Source of the DNA: Chrysemys picta bellii
Taxonomy: Eukaryota
DNA: 64,000 bases
Direction: 5' to 3'
NCBI RefSeq assembly: GCF_011386835.1
Contig: NC_088797.1
Location: 32,860,001-32,924,000 of the forward strand
Shown here: positions 45,501 to 60,500 of the stretch, piece by piece
Numbering within the stretch: position 1 is the first letter of the stretch
Layout: every line of letters starts with the position of its first letter
The notes under the pieces: generated by a model
The model's database searches: none
The model's input: the letters and a program-made list of their open reading frames with translations, nothing else
Told to the model about the DNA's origin: nothing
Program-made: the position numbers and the translations under genes

Positions 45501-48500
45501 AGTGTGGCCACAGTCTGTCTCAGGAGACTTCAGTCCTCATGTTCTGTGTCTGGGACAGAAATGTTTTAGTTTAACTGAAGTCATCAGACTCACCATAAGG
45601 GTATTTGGGTGATGTTTACTGGCCTGTGATACACAAGAGGTCACACTATAGCTATTCTAATGGTCCCTTCCTGTCTTAAAATAAGGTGATCTGACCAAGT
45701 ATGGACCCAGAAACCGTCACTATTAATGTAGTTTTCTCAGCTGATTAGAACTGTTCATGGTATGTTGTCCCAGAGGAATACTCGTTGGAGGAGCCATCTG
45801 CTGCATGGAAAATAGCCTTTATCCAGTCTAAATCCTCCCCAGTGTTCAGATCTTAGCCAATTAGCATTCCTTCTGTTGGAGGAGTCTTGAACCTTAGCTG
45901 CATGAAAGGTGCCAGATTAGGTGCTCTTGAGATTTCAGCCCTGTTCTCTGGTATTTCTGAAATGCCTGCCATAATGGTTTAAGGAGCTTTCTAAATAGGC
46001 AGGAGTGGTAACTTCATCTGTGCCCTATGCTGTCCCTGTGGTTAAAGTGCTGGACAGGGTGCAAAATATTTAGTTTCAATTTCCAGACTCCCTGTGACCT
46101 TGGGGAAAGCTGCTTTATCTGTTCTCTGGCTTTATAAGTGGGGAAAACTGAAGCATAATCTTTACTTTCCAGGCAAGGTGGACTAGGAAGGGATCAGGTT
46201 CCAAGGTTATGAAGGGGCAGACATGGGTGGACTTGCTGACACAGCCAGCAGTTCTGTTGTGTGACTTAAACACACCTTGTTCATGGGCTCAGACCCACCA
46301 ACTCCTCACCTCAGATGCTAGTGATTTCCCATAATCTTGGCTAGGGATTAAACCCACATTCTAGAGTGAATGGCCCTGCATCCTTTCCACCCCATGTGGT
46401 CTGAAGCAAATGAATGCCCTTGGATAGTCTGCCTGTAAAGAGCTTTGATTAGTGCTGGACTGCTATGCAGAGAGGCTGGCTTGATCTACTTCTACCTGAT
46501 GCTGGCTAACACTTTCTTGTGAAGGTCTGCCAAGTTTTCAGTGGCAGAACTGAGACTGGAAGTTGTAGAGAGCTGTAATTTACTCTTGACTCAGCAGGGG
46601 AATTTAGACTCAGGAGTCCTGGCTTCCCTGGTCTCTGACCATACTGCTAAGGCATAAGTGCATATCAGAGCATCTCAAGAATGCACAGGTCAGCTGGGAA
46701 CTTGGTGTTTAGAACAGCTTTTAGCACAGCTTGCTTAACTCTTTCTGTTCCTGATTTACATAACTGTTCTGCACAGTTTTGTCGTCCATTGTGGGTCTTG
46801 CTGAGTCACAGGAAATCTGGAGTCTGCTACATGCAAACTTCTATTGTGTTGTAAGAGCATTGCTCAAACCAAAAACAAATCCAGTCCACATAACTGGAGT
46901 AGGAAGGGGCTGGTGAACATGTATGAAGGCTGTCTTTTGCCGCTACAGAGGTGCTGTGGGGATCTAAGTCCTGTGCATGGCTTAATGTTCCAACAAAAGC
47001 ATACTTCAAATGATCTTGAGTTGGTGTGATGACTAAGCACTGGACTGGGAGTCAGATGTGAATTCAGTTCCCTGCTGCTGAACACCTTTGATCCAGGGCA
47101 GTCCCTTCCCCTGACTTACTGTCTTGTCTGTTTAGATTGTAATCTCTTCTGCATAGGTTCTTGCCCCAAAATCATAACTATACTATCGGAGCACCTTCAG
47201 TGGTTAAACAATAAGACTAACATCTGTCACATGTTCTTTCATCCTTTCCGGTCCTAGCCCCAAAGAGCTGACCAGATGGGGATTAGCACAGGAGTTCAAA
47301 GAAACATTGAGTTGGTATTGGTCAGCATGATGGGCAGTGGACTCAGCACACCGGTGGCCTAATGATTGTCAAGTTTATTGTAGGCATCACAGTGAAGGGT
47401 TTTGAAGGATAATCTTCGTTAAAGGGCAAAGAGATGCACCTTGCACTTAGAGTGGAAGGTGATGAGATTTGGGATGTGCCTTTGCTCTTGGGAGTTCGTT
47501 CTGCAATCTCAGACCAACCTCCAAAAAGCTGTCTCCTGCGCAAGTGAGAGAATGTGGAGAATTCCACTGGGCCAGAGGAACAGAAGTGTGTCTCCATCCA
47601 GGAATTTTAGACAGCCTTCTCATGCCCTGGGTCCAGGCCACAGTGCACCTTAAGTACTGAGATCTTAACCTCTTGAATTCATATTCTGTGGCAACAGTTC
47701 TCAACCACAGCTCTGGGGACCATGGGGGGTGGGGGTATAAGCAGGTTTCAAGGAATCCACCAAAATAAACCAGAGAGCAGGGCCAGCATTAGACTCACTG
47801 GGACCCAGGACAGAAAGCTGAATCCTGAGCACCACTGCCCAGGACTGAAGCCATAGTCCAAGCAACTTAGCTTTGCGAGGCCTCCTGTGGCATGGGGCCC
47901 TGGGCATTGCTCTGCTTGCTACCCCATAATGCTGGCCCTGGTTTTAATCAAAACTGAAACAGTTGTGGTGCAGGTGGGCCATGGAATTTTTATAGCATGC
48001 TGCAGGGGCCTCAGAAAAAAAAAGGTTGAGAACCCCTGTTCTATGGGATGTCAACATAGAAAAGAGGTTTGATGCACTCAAGGTAACTGAGGTTACTGAG
48101 GATATGTACTCTAAGGTTCTGTATCTGTTGAAGTTGCCTAAGTGCCAAAGGCTTCACGCCCTGGTGGTGTAGTCCAGCCAGAAAAGATGTGAATAAGTGA
48201 GGCCAGCTCATCCACCAGCAGGGGGTGGAGTCTGAGCCAACCAGAAATAGTAGAAAGTATGCTGCTACATGAATTTAGCGCAGGGATCAGCAATCTTTCA
48301 GAAGTGGTGTGCCGAGTCTTCATTTATTCACTTTAATTTAAAGTTTTGTGTGCCAGTAATACATTTTAATTAAAGAATTAGGAGACCTAAAAACATTAAA
48401 CTATTGTATGTAAAGTAAACAAGGTTTTCAAAATGTTTAAGAAGCTTCATTTAAAATTAAATTAAAATGCAGATCTTGTCAGTTTAGTGCAATGGTTCTT

Positions 48501-51500
48501 AACCTGGGGTACATGCACCTTCTGGCAGTGCAAGATGCCCTTTCTGGGGGTGCAAGACATGTGAGAATTTTTTTAGAAGGTAAATCATCAAACACAAATT
48601 AAGCACAGACACAAGTCCAACTATTGTTTCATCAAACCATGTATTAACATACCTTTTTAATGATTACTGTAATATACAAGCTTTTTAAGTTTTCAAGCTA
48701 ATTGTAGTGTAAGTTTTGATAAGGGGTGCAAGAGCATTTTTTGAGAACTCCAGACTGTCACAGGCTGAGTGGGGCCAGGTGTAGTGTATTAAATTGCTCC
48801 CCCATAGGAATGCTACTTTCGGTGTACTACTTAGGGCTGCCAGTCCTGATTGCTCTGAGTGGCATGGTAAGGGGACTGGGAACAGGGGTGGTTGGATGGG
48901 CATCGGAGTCCTGGGGGGGCCTGTCAGGGGTGTGGATAGGGGTCAGGAGACAGGCAGCAGGGGGGTTTGGTTGGGGGTGGAGTCCCAGGGGGGCAGTTGG
49001 GAACAAGGAGCGGGGGTTGGATGGGTGGGGATTCTGAGGGTGGCAGGCAGGGGGTCCCAGGAGGGGGCAGTCAGCAGACAAGGAGCAGAGGGGGTTGATG
49101 GGGCAGGAAGTGGGAGGGGGCAGGCTGTTTGGGGAGGCACAGCCTTCCCTACCTGGGTGTAGTGTGTTTAAATTTCTCCCCATAGGAATGTGCTACTTAC
49201 AGTGTACTACTTATGGCTGCCAGTCCTGGTGCTCCGCAAGTAGCACATTCCTACAGGGAGAATTTAGTACACCACACCAGCAGGCAGAACCCCAAACCGG
49301 CAGCAGGCTGTGGTCTGGGGTTCCAGCCGCTGAGACCCCAGCCAGTGTGCCAGTAAAAATCAGCTCACGTGCTGCCTTTGGCACACATGCTGCAGGTTGC
49401 CCACCCCTGGTTTAGCCTCTGTGAAAACCTCTGGATATGGACGGAGTCTATCTAGCACTTGGCACAAAGGGGCCCTGATCTTAATTTTGCAGCCTCAAGA
49501 CCTTATAGGAATAAACTGTAGGATTCCTTGTGGGGAGAGTCATTCACTTTGGGGGGGGGGGGGGGATCTTAGCAGCTGGTGTAGCTGCCTCAATGCAGAT
49601 CCTATTCCCCTGGTGTGCATGGCTTATCTTGGAAGTTAGCATTGGTGGCTATGTTGGGCTTTTAGACAACAGCTGAATTTGGCTGCCCTCTGCAACTCAT
49701 GGCTTGCTGCATAAACTATTCTTCTACCTCTGACTTGTACCAGTGAATTCTGGGGCCTCTAATGCACCAGTACAGTACTTGGCAGCACCATTAATAGAGT
49801 AGGGACTGCTGGTTAAACAAATATGAACTGCTTTGTAAGGGGGAAAAGCCAGTTGAACAAGGGCTTCCCAACAACACCAAGGGAGAAGCTTTGTGTAGGC
49901 TGGCCCTGAAGAAAAGATCTCAGTGATTTTTTTTTGAATAGCATGGGAAGGGGTGTGTGTGGTGTGGGGGTGGTGCTGTATAGCTGTCAACTCAAGATGC
50001 TACAGCCAGTTACTCTCCACTTGGTTTCCCCTTTGGGAGCAAATCAAAGGGGTCTCTAGTCCAGTTATCACCAACTGTTCAATCGTGATTGACTAGTCAA
50101 TCCTAGAGGATCTCCCAGTTGATCGCAATCTTCAGCGGTGCAGTGTGGCTGCCACTAAGGCAGGCTCCCTGACTACCCCACACCACTCCCAGAAGTGCCC
50201 AGTGCAGCCCTTGGGGTGGAGGGGGAGCAGGGGTCTCCCTCAGCTCCTGCCTGAAAGCACCACTCCCTCAGCTCCCATTGGCCAGGAGATCTGCAGGAGT
50301 GGTCCTTGCAGAGGGGCAGTGTGTGGAGCCACATGTCCACTAACCTCCCCCATCCCCTGGGCCATTAGGGCGTGTTGGTCCCTTCCAGGAGCAGCATGGG
50401 GCCAGGGTAGGTAGGGAGCCTGCCTTAGCAGCAGCCATGCTGCACTACTTATGGGACCTGCCAGAGGTAAGGTCTGCCCAGTAGGCTACACCCCAGCCCT
50501 GAGCTCCCTCGTGGAGCCTGCACCCCAGCCCTGAACGCCTCCCAGAATCCTGGACCCTCTCCTGCACCCAAACACCTTCCTAGAGCTTGCACCCCTCACC
50601 CTCTCCTGCACCACAACCCCTGCCTCAGGCTCAGCCCAGATCCCCCTACCCAGCTTGGTGAAAGTGAGTGAGGGTCGGGGAGAGCAAGCAACAGGCAGGA
50701 TGGGGGGAATGGAGTGAGGTGGGCAGGGCCTCAGAAGGGGTAGGATGGATCCTGGGTTGCCCTTAAATTCAAAAAGTGATCTTTGGCATAAAAAGGCTGG
50801 AGATCACTGCTCTAGTGTCTGAATGACTGACTCACTTGCTGACAAGCTCTTGAGCCTAGCACCTGTAGGATCTGTTGCACAAACATAGCTACATACCTTT
50901 GGAATATCTTCCCCTTGTAACGTTCCACCATTCACCACTGAAACTAGCTTTGCCAGTGTTAACTTCAAGGCCCTGCCCACAGATAAGGCAGTTACTTCAG
51001 CCTCTGAAAATGTTACTCTGAAATGCAGCACACTTTTGGGGGAGCACTGGATGTGAGAAATCAAGCAGAACCACCCAGTGACTTGAGATGAGCCTACCAA
51101 GTGACCAATTGCTGGATGCAAAAAAACCCTAAAAACCTACATTGTAACATTTTATTAAACTACATTGCAAAGTGGCAACAGTAACTTATTACAATGCATA
51201 ATGCACTGCAGCTTGTTTACTAATGTAGTCTCCTGTCCTGTATAAGAGAAGAAAACCACTCTGGCTAGCCAGAAATGGGATCACTGAATGAGGAGCAGCA
51301 AACTTCAAAATGAAAGGGGAGAAACTCCCCTACAAATGTAGTTTCCTGTGGAACTTTGTGTCATGTAAGGAGCCTAGCAGAGTTCCAAGAGTCACTTATG
51401 TGCCCAGGGAGAACCTTCAGTTGTTACATTATCAGCTTGTCTTGTGGTAGTACCCAAAGCCCCAGACATGGACAGGACCCTATTATGCCAGGTACTGTAC

Positions 51501-54500
51501 ACAAACAGCTCAAAGATCCCTGCCCCAAAAAATACAAGCAAAGGACAAGAGACAATAGGTGAATGCTCAACTAGATCAGGTCTCAGTGATCAAGGACTGT
51601 CCCGTCTCTAGCACCCAATTCAAAAGCTTGCAGGCTACTGGGGGTGGAAAGTGGGGAATAGGATAATGGACTTGATGGATCCATAGGTCTCTTACAGTTG
51701 AGAGACCAGGTCAGTGAGGTAATTTTTATTGGACCAACTTCTACTGGTGGAAAAAGGCAACCTTTCAAGCTTACACAGAGCTCTAATATTGTGGGACCAA
51801 CAAGGCTACAACACTGCAAACTTAGTTTGTGGGCCACTGATTCTGCTTGAATTTCTGTCAAGGGGAAGGCAAGGACTTTCTATAAACCCTACTTGGCAAA
51901 ACTTGCTAGCCAAGGCACAAAACTTACTTGTGTTCCTTGTCACCATGATATAACCCAACCTTACCTATAGATTGCATTGCTCCACTCACAGGAGAAGCAA
52001 AGACAAATCTGCTCCCCTTGAACAGTCCCATGCAGTGTCCATGACTTTTCTTAACCTCTAATTGTACTCTACCCAGGAGCAACTGAGAGGCGCTGGGAGA
52101 AAGTTCCGCATTTGACCAAACAGGCCACAACTTCCTCCTGGAGTTGTTAAAGGAGAACTTTCTTAAAATGTTGCTTTTAAAAAAAGAGCAGTCGGATAGC
52201 CAGGATCAGACTTGCTGATTCACAAGCAGCTGTGGGATTGGAATGTGTCTAACATTCCTCATGGTTTGTAGGAGTGCTGATCTCCAATTCTCTCCATTCC
52301 TGACTCTGCAATTGACTAATGTTGTTGTCTTGTAATGTGAGTGTAGGCAGATAGGTTGGCTCTCTCCCCACCTGCACAGTGCACCCTGTACTCACCAGAA
52401 TATGGTAATACTGAGTGCTTTCCTCTGTGGGGAAATATATCAGGTCAAGATTGCGACAGCACTGTGTATTGTACCTGTCAGGTGTGGTTCAGCAGCCAGG
52501 GATAGCAAGGGAGCACACAACTGTCGTAAATTCAAAGACAGGCCTCTAAAGGGCTGCATTCTTTCTGCCTTGCTTTAAAGGGGCATAATGCCTTATCCAT
52601 GTTCTGTGCAGGTTAAACCTCCAGATGTCTCATAAGAGGGGGGGTGTACTCTCAGGCTTATGTTGCTAAAGGTCCCAGTATAGTGAATTTAGCTGAGCTG
52701 GTGATAAAATCCAAATGTCCTGACTTGATTCCCCTGTCCTTACCACTAGCTATGCTGCCGTAACTTCAGCAACCCTTGGTTTTTTACATTGGCCTTGATG
52801 TGTATTGTACTTTGTGGTAAATAAGATTACCCCAAACTTCTAAAACCAGTTGGTCATACAAAACAGGATGGCTTGTAGCTGTCAGGAAAAAGCCAGATTA
52901 TTCACAATATAACTTCCAGTATGTAAGTGACCGGCCCAAGCACTGGGAAAGTAGGCTGGGGTTTCAAGAAATCCTGAGATTAAGACAGATCTGTTTGTCA
53001 GCGGGCTTGAGGCTTTAGTCCTACTTTCAAACTCTCCCTTCTAACCATGAGACTTTAAGGAGTGTTGTATAATACGGTTCTGGGAGCCAAGGCTTTAAGA
53101 CAGTTGTCCCCAACCTTTTGCGTGGGGCAGGTGCTGGGCGACTAGCCGCCAAGGACTGTGGCCACTGGACAAGCAGCTGCCAAAATGCCTCCATGAAGCA
53201 GTCAAGAGGCATTGCCCCCAAAATTTGGCAGCATTTCGGCAGTAGCACTTCTTGATGTTGCCGCTTCTCGGCAGCATTTCGGTGTCTGCTTTTTCAGCTG
53301 CCAGTAGGCGGGCGCACATGGATGCCTCGGCAGGTGCCATGGTGCCTGCAGGTGCCACATTGGGGGACCCCTGCTTTAAGAAATGACATCTTGTGAGTTG
53401 GCAGTGCTGATACAATGCAGGTCTCTGCCTTTTGAGGCAGAGCAACTGACAGCTGTTGGTATATTGGCTTGTTCATAGTGTTTGTTCTTAAAGGACAGAA
53501 TTCCCCTTTGGCTTCTGCAGAACTACACGGTTGGTTACTTCCCATTTTCAGTTCATTGTCAGTAAATAGAACTCATGTGGCCAGTTTGAGTAAATAGTTC
53601 ATCAGCAGAGCTATGGACTTACTCTCCAATGCTGTGTACACAGCCAGATGTAGGAGGGGGAGGCAACTGTCATTCTCCCATGACATAAGGGATTCCATTC
53701 TGCTGTGCAACTAAACTTGAGAAGCTCTGTCTTTGAATCTGGGGGAGGCAACAGTCCCAGTTGCCTTGCTCTAGTCACTGGAGTTGACTCCTGGGTCCTA
53801 TTCCTAGTGCTGCTAGTGATCTTCACTGTGATCTGTGACAAGTGCCTTCCCCTGTGTCTGTTTCCCTCTACTCTCTTTACACTGCAAGCTCTAAAGAGGG
53901 GGTGTCTAGGCACAATATGGACTTGATCTCAGCTGGTGCAGGCCCTTTAGGCACTATTGCCATACAGATTGACTCTGGAGTACATCACATCACTCCTTTC
54001 TTGATACCAGGTATATGGAGCCTTTGTATTTGAAGTGCTCTAGAAGGGCAAGAAGTGTAAATGCTGTAGGATGCTTATCGATGCCACCTCTTCTGAAGCT
54101 TAGTCTGAGTTCTTGAGTTTAGGGCACGCAATATAATCTAGTGGGCAGGCACACTGGATTAGGACTCCAACTTGGGTTCTGTTCCTAGCTCTGCCCCTGG
54201 CCTACTGAGACCTGGAGAAGTCATCCCCCTCTCCCCCATTTGTGCCTCAATTTCCCTATTTGTAAAATGAGTGCTTCCTTTGAAGTGCTGAGGCCTGTGG
54301 ATGAAGAGGGAAAAATCAGATAGTGTCATACTTTGCATAGCAGTAGGGCTGCTGCTTAGAATGATTGAGGACTCTTCTTAATAGTGAATACTGTTGAGTC
54401 CCTCTGAAAGCCCCAGAAACTACCAATCTGTCTTTGCCACAATCACACTAGCTAAAGGACTTTATTCTCAGGAGACTGAGATTTGAGTCACTTTATAAAA

Positions 54501-57500
54501 AGTGTGCTAGCATTTAGCAAAACAGTTATACAGCTGAATGCTGGCAATTCTCAGGATGGATTGTTAGTCTAGACTTCAAGAGCAAAGTCAGTATCACTTA
54601 TCCATGCTGTCCTGGAGAGGAAGGATGGATGGTGTAGTGTGCTTAGGGAGCTATCTTAGGACTTGGGAGTTGAACCCAGGTCTCCCAGCTCAGACCTCCC
54701 ATGTGACCTTGGGCAAGTCCTTCACTCTCTGCCACTATCTGTACAATAGGGATAATAGTACTGCCCTGCCTCAAGAGGTGAGAGGCTAAAGGCATTAGAG
54801 ATTGAGGCCTTTAAATATGGGAAGGGGAGTGATGACTTAAGCCACTCTTTTTATTGAATGAGTGGCTAAAGGTTAACTCTCTCCTCTGTGCAGAGGATCT
54901 AACATCTGTTTTACACTTGTATTATAGTAACCCTTAGATACTGTGTTCATATATAGCAGTGGCTTTCAATATGTGATCTGGACATTGAGGGGTCCATGAA
55001 AGACTTAAACTGAAAACTGACTGAACAGAACTCAGCAATATATACACAATAGAGTTCCAAATGGGTCTCCCTCCTTTTTAAGATTTTGTAGGGATCCACA
55101 AACAGACTGTAAACCACTGAGATACAGCATCTAGTGTGCAGAGTTTCTAACTTGGTCCAAATAGACAGAGGATTATTATTCACCAGGAGGGAGGGAGCTG
55201 AGGCACAGGGGAAAGGACTTGGCCAAAATAACATGGAGTCTGTAGAAGAGTTTGGGAATCATAGACTTAAAGTCAGAAGGGACCATTATGATCTGTGGGT
55301 CCCAGTTCAGTGTCTTAACCCCAACCAACAATTCTCTCGTTTGTAGAGAGATTCTGCTGGCTGATCATAGTCTGCCTGGTATGCAATTTCACCTTTTTAG
55401 TGAAAGGTTTAAATGCAGGCATCCTGATGTCTCTCCAAATGCACAAATAAAGGATGTTACAGGAGAAGAGAGCACAGCTGCCACCTTTCACATGGTAAAT
55501 AAGCACCCTGACTTTCACAATAAGCCAAAAATCCAGCTAACCCCCCTTCAAAACAAGCCAGTCCCTAAGAACCCCAACACTCTTGACTAGATCCCCAGCA
55601 TGCAGTCTGGACTGTGGTGGGACTGCTGTGCACCCCTGATTCTCCCCTCCTTGCCCAGAGCCGACCAAAAAAAAAAAAAAGCTACTAGCCAACAAACAAT
55701 TCACAAGCCAATTAAGCCAAAAACAATCCTTTTTTATTTTTGATGTGTGTGGGGGGGGGGGTTTGAAAGTCAGCATGAGTGAGTAGTCCTTCCTGCCTTG
55801 CTGACAGTGACATTGGATTGTTTTGCAGACCGGTATGGTGGTAACATGGCTGCCATGCAGCCAGGCTCAAGCTGTGACTTGGGCCTAGGAGGCTCTTGCT
55901 GTACTGCACCTAGCACAAAGGTGCTGTGATCTTAGTTAGGGCCTACGGGCCCTAGGTAGGTGGCACTTTCCCTGAGTTATAAGTAGGGTTACCATATTTC
56001 AACAATCAAAAAAAGAGGACACACAGGGTGCTGCCCTAGCCCTGCCCCCTCCCACTTCCTACCCCCTGCAGAATTCCCCTACCTGTCCCCTGAGTGCCCT
56101 CTCCTAAGACCCCCCACCCTAACTGCCCCAGGACCCCACCCCTTATCTAACCCCCCTGTTCCCTGTCCCTTGCCTGCCCCAACCACTCGTACACCCCTTC
56201 TCCTGACAGCTCCCCCACCAGGCCGAGGAAGAGTTGCGAGCTCCACATGCAGCCAAACACTTTCCTGCTGCTCTGCAGGGGAGGAGGGAGCAGGGGAGGG
56301 GGAGGGACTGGCTGCTAGAGGCCCCAGAGGCTGCGCGTCTTTCAATCGGGCCCAGCTGTCTAATCAGCCATGCCACACTCTGCATGAGGGGAAGGGGGAA
56401 ATCCCAGACATTTCTACTTTATTAGAAATCCCCCCCCCCCGACAGCCATTTAAAGCTGAAAAAGCCGGACATGTCTGGGGAAACCCGGATGGATGGTAAC
56501 CCTAGTTATAAGTAGATGTGGGTGAATTTTTTGTCAAACTCTTCAGTGAAAATGCAAATTCAATAACGTTTCACAAATTCATAAGACCAGGTGGGTGAGG
56601 TAATATCTTCTCTGAGAAGCTTTCATGGCGGTTTTGCTGCATTGTTTAAAAAAAGACTCAAAACACTGTTTGAACAAAACACTTCAGTGTCCTTTCTCAA
56701 TTTCTTTGAAGCTTATGAAAATTCAAGACACTTAGTTCAACCCAAAACAAGTTTCTCTTCAGAATTGCCAATGGACCAAAAGGTCCTTGTCCAGCTCTAG
56801 CTCTCACCCTCACCCTGAGGTGCAGCTAGTGAGCTCTGTGGCAGTAGGTGCAGTTTCCCAGATGAGATGGGGAGCAAACCTTAGCTGGCTCACAAATGGG
56901 AGACTATCCTTTTGTGAAGACAATTGTAGGGTGTTAGGATCTTGCTAGGACAACTTCAGTAACTACATCAACCTTTACAAAAATTCCTCCCTTGCAGTGT
57001 GTGGGATATGTTTGCATAGTGTTGCTGGGTGCTGTTCAGTGGCTTCACTCCAGAGGTGGCAGCACTTTGAGCTAAGCAATTCTTGTGTAACTTGCATATC
57101 TGCTTGGGGCATCCTGTGTTCACATGGCACTGCACTGCTGGAAGCAAGATTTCTTAAACTGGAGTGCATCTGCTACTGCATGTAGCAGCTGTACAGCACT
57201 ATCTCCAGCATTACTAGAAGTTAAAGTAGCAGGCCATGCGCCTGCTTCAGACAGAAAGTCTGATTGCAGACTCACTCGCATGGCGTTTGCAGTTCCAGGA
57301 GGGTTTTCAGTCTCAGGAATGTGGAGAATGCTCAGTCATTCCTGTGGTAACCACTATTTCTGCGACACTAACAGCCTAATGGCCAAAGCACAGGCCTGGG
57401 ATTTGGGCTCCTACACATTACAGATCTCCCAACAATGGACCAGACCCTGTCAACACAGTTCCTGCTCCAAAGAGCTTTATTCCTAGGTTGGCCACTGGCC

Positions 57501-60500
57501 TGCTGGTTGATCCTGGGACAAGACACTTTCCTCCCTTCCAGGTCAGATTTGCAGAAATGGGGGGAGGGGTGGGCCTTGTGCAGGCAGAGGTTGCCTTCTG
57601 CAGCATGGGTCATCTGCTGGTATCACTAGGTGTCTCACTGCAGCAATTCCCTGCCATTGCAGGGGCCTCTGGCATTGACAGCCCTTTGGTTTCCTCTTGT
57701 TTGAAATGCTTTGGTTTAACTCAATTGTTCGGTTTGGTATAGGGGTATCTGGTGAAACTGAATCTCCTAATAGAGAGGAGACCAGACTAGATGATATGAT
57801 CATCCCTTCTGGCCTTAAACTTTCCCTTACCTTTAAATCAGGGGTAATGAGATCTTTCTGAAGATCTTTGAGATCTAAGCTTGGGAAAATAGTGTATGGA
57901 GAGCTCAGCATCAACACTTCGCCCGTCTAATCCTGTGGCATGTGTTGGGGTTCTGGAACATTCAGTTTCCTGGATGTAATATAGCTTGCACTGACTGGTA
58001 GTAGTTCATCTGATCCTGTTGTGCTAGGTGGTGGGCACGATTCAGTCCCTGATCCAAAGTGTGCAATCTAATAGAGAGCTTCCAATCAGTCATCTGAGGC
58101 AGTTTGTGTAGTGCATAGCCATGGAACAGAAGTGGTGTTGGCGTTGGGGCTCCTAGGTGCTACCACAACACAAATGAGTAAGACCAAGATGTGAGAGGAA
58201 ACTGAGGCATGGGGGGCAATGATTTGTCAGGGTTAGTGACAGGACTGGGAGTGTAGACCCAGGGTCTCCAGAGTCCCAAGTTGATGCTCTCCTCTCAGGC
58301 TGCCGCCTTATCTGCAGTCCTTGTGTAAAAACATCCCTCTCTCTTGCAGGCTATGACTTTGCAGCGGTACTGGAGTGGTTCGCAGAGCGTGTGGACCGTA
58401 TTATCCTCCTCTTCGATGCTCACAAGCTGGACATCTCAGATGAGTTTTCAGAGGTGATCAAGGCCCTGAAGAACCATGAGGACAAGATCCGGGTGGTGCT
58501 GAACAAAGCAGACCAGATTGAGACACAACAGCTGATGCGGGTCTATGGTGCCCTCATGTGGTCACTGGGGAAGATCATAAACACCCCAGAGGTGGTGCGG
58601 GTCTACATTGGCTCCTTCTGGTCCCAGCCACTCCTCATCCCTGAGAACAGGAAGCTCTTTGAAGCAGAAGAGCAGGATCTCTTCAAAGATATCCAGTCCC
58701 TGCCCAGGAATGCTGCACTCCGCAAGCTCAATGACCTCATCAAGAGAGCCAGGCTCGCCAAGGTATGGTGTCCCAAGCATTCCCTCTGTGAGTCAGACAC
58801 TGCTACATGGGTGGGATTTGGTCTTCTCTGAACAAGGGTGATACTTGACTAGCATTAATGTAGCCTTTCAGAGTTCCCCTGACCAAGTGCAGGGATGTGC
58901 CAGATGTCTGCAGGCACCTCTTCTCTCCCCCCCCCCCCCATTGAGATTAGAGTCCCTAGCAAAGATGGGGGAGGGGGAGACATTACACTATTCACTGCAG
59001 AGAGCCCTAATGAGACCATAACTGCTCCAGAGAGCTCAGCCTGGATATCCACAGGGTGGGAGGAGACACCAAGAAGGGTAGGGGCTCACTCAAGGTTGCA
59101 TAGCAGTTTCCCAGTAGACCTGGGAATAGCAACCACCAGTGCTGTCTCCAGTTCCCTGCTCTAACCCACTAGACCACATGTCCCCCCAGAGCTGGAAGAG
59201 AACCTAGGAGTAGACTCCCAATCCATGTTTCCACTGCTTTCGCTGTCAATACAACCCCCTAATGTAGATGCTGCACTGGTGCAGATAGTATCTGGCATTT
59301 AGTGCAAGCTCCTAGTACAAGAACAGCCATGGTTCCAATCCAAGAGTAGGTGAGGCATAGCTTGTACTGCCTGCTAACCTGCAGTGGCTTGTTCTCACCA
59401 CTCCATTCAAACTAATGGCACACTAGTCCCAGAAGTATGGGTTTTGTGATAAGATCAAATAGGGAAATTCTGGGTTCTATTTCTGGCTCTGCCACAGCCT
59501 ACTAACTGACAGCTGCATTTTACAGCAGGGAAACCCCTCAGATTAACGTCCCTTGCTGGAGAGTTTTGAGTCAGTTTTGGGAAAGATTATGGAAATTTCT
59601 GAGCCATGCTGAGGAAATTCCACCTTAAATCCCACCTTAAACTCTTTACCTTACAATGGACTCTGCACTGTTCTGGGCATTATCTCTTGAAGGCATCACT
59701 CTTGCAGATAAGCTATTTGCTTGCAGATAAGCCTAGCTAGCTAAACAAAACCTGGGTGGAGAAGTGCAGCTCTTTATGGGAACACAGCTGTTTTATGGCT
59801 CTGTTTTCAGTTTCTCTTTGAACTGGCTGGAAGGAGCTGTAAAAACCTTGATTGCTTCAGAGAAATCATAGGGCTTATTTCTGACCCATGTCAATGCTAG
59901 CTCCTGGACCCAGAGCTGGCACCAGGCTTCTCCAAGATCCAAACTGCTGCTTGATTTCAGCCTTCTAAAATCAGTGCAATTTCAAACCGTAACTCTGATT
60001 AGTTTAACAGATCAAATTCTTGTTCTGGGTCCATAACTGTAGTACTTAAAACATGCTGTAACTTAATATAAGTCAGCAGAGATGTATAGGAACATAAATG
60101 GAAGGGACCACCTGGGTCATGGCTCTCCAGTCCCTGCTATTGTGGGCAGCTGTAGTCCCATCCTGGTCAAACTGATCCAGCTCCAAACTAGTTAGGTTGT
60201 CTGATCCCTACTATTCCTACTGGGAGGCTGTTCCAGAATCTCCTTCCTTATTTCCAGCCTCAGTGGATTCCTGGTCAGTTTCTGTTCTTTGTTCTTGTGC
60301 CAATATTGTCTTTGAGCTTCTATAGCTCTTCCCTCCCTGGGGTTTACCACCAAATGTATTTAGAGAGAGCAATCAGATCCCCTCTTAGCCTTTGTTTTTC
60401 AAAAGCTAAACAAGCACAGCTTTCAGTCTCCTCCTTTTTGTAAGATCTGCTCTTCATTCCCCTGATCAGCCTAAGAGCCCTCCTCTGCATCTGGTCCCGT

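Noticed and set aside
40000-58300. Many 60-120 aa ORFs in EHD1 intron 2
   Set aside because: No family similarity, mostly overlapping MITE or MIR-like repeats, and no consistent exon chain on either strand.
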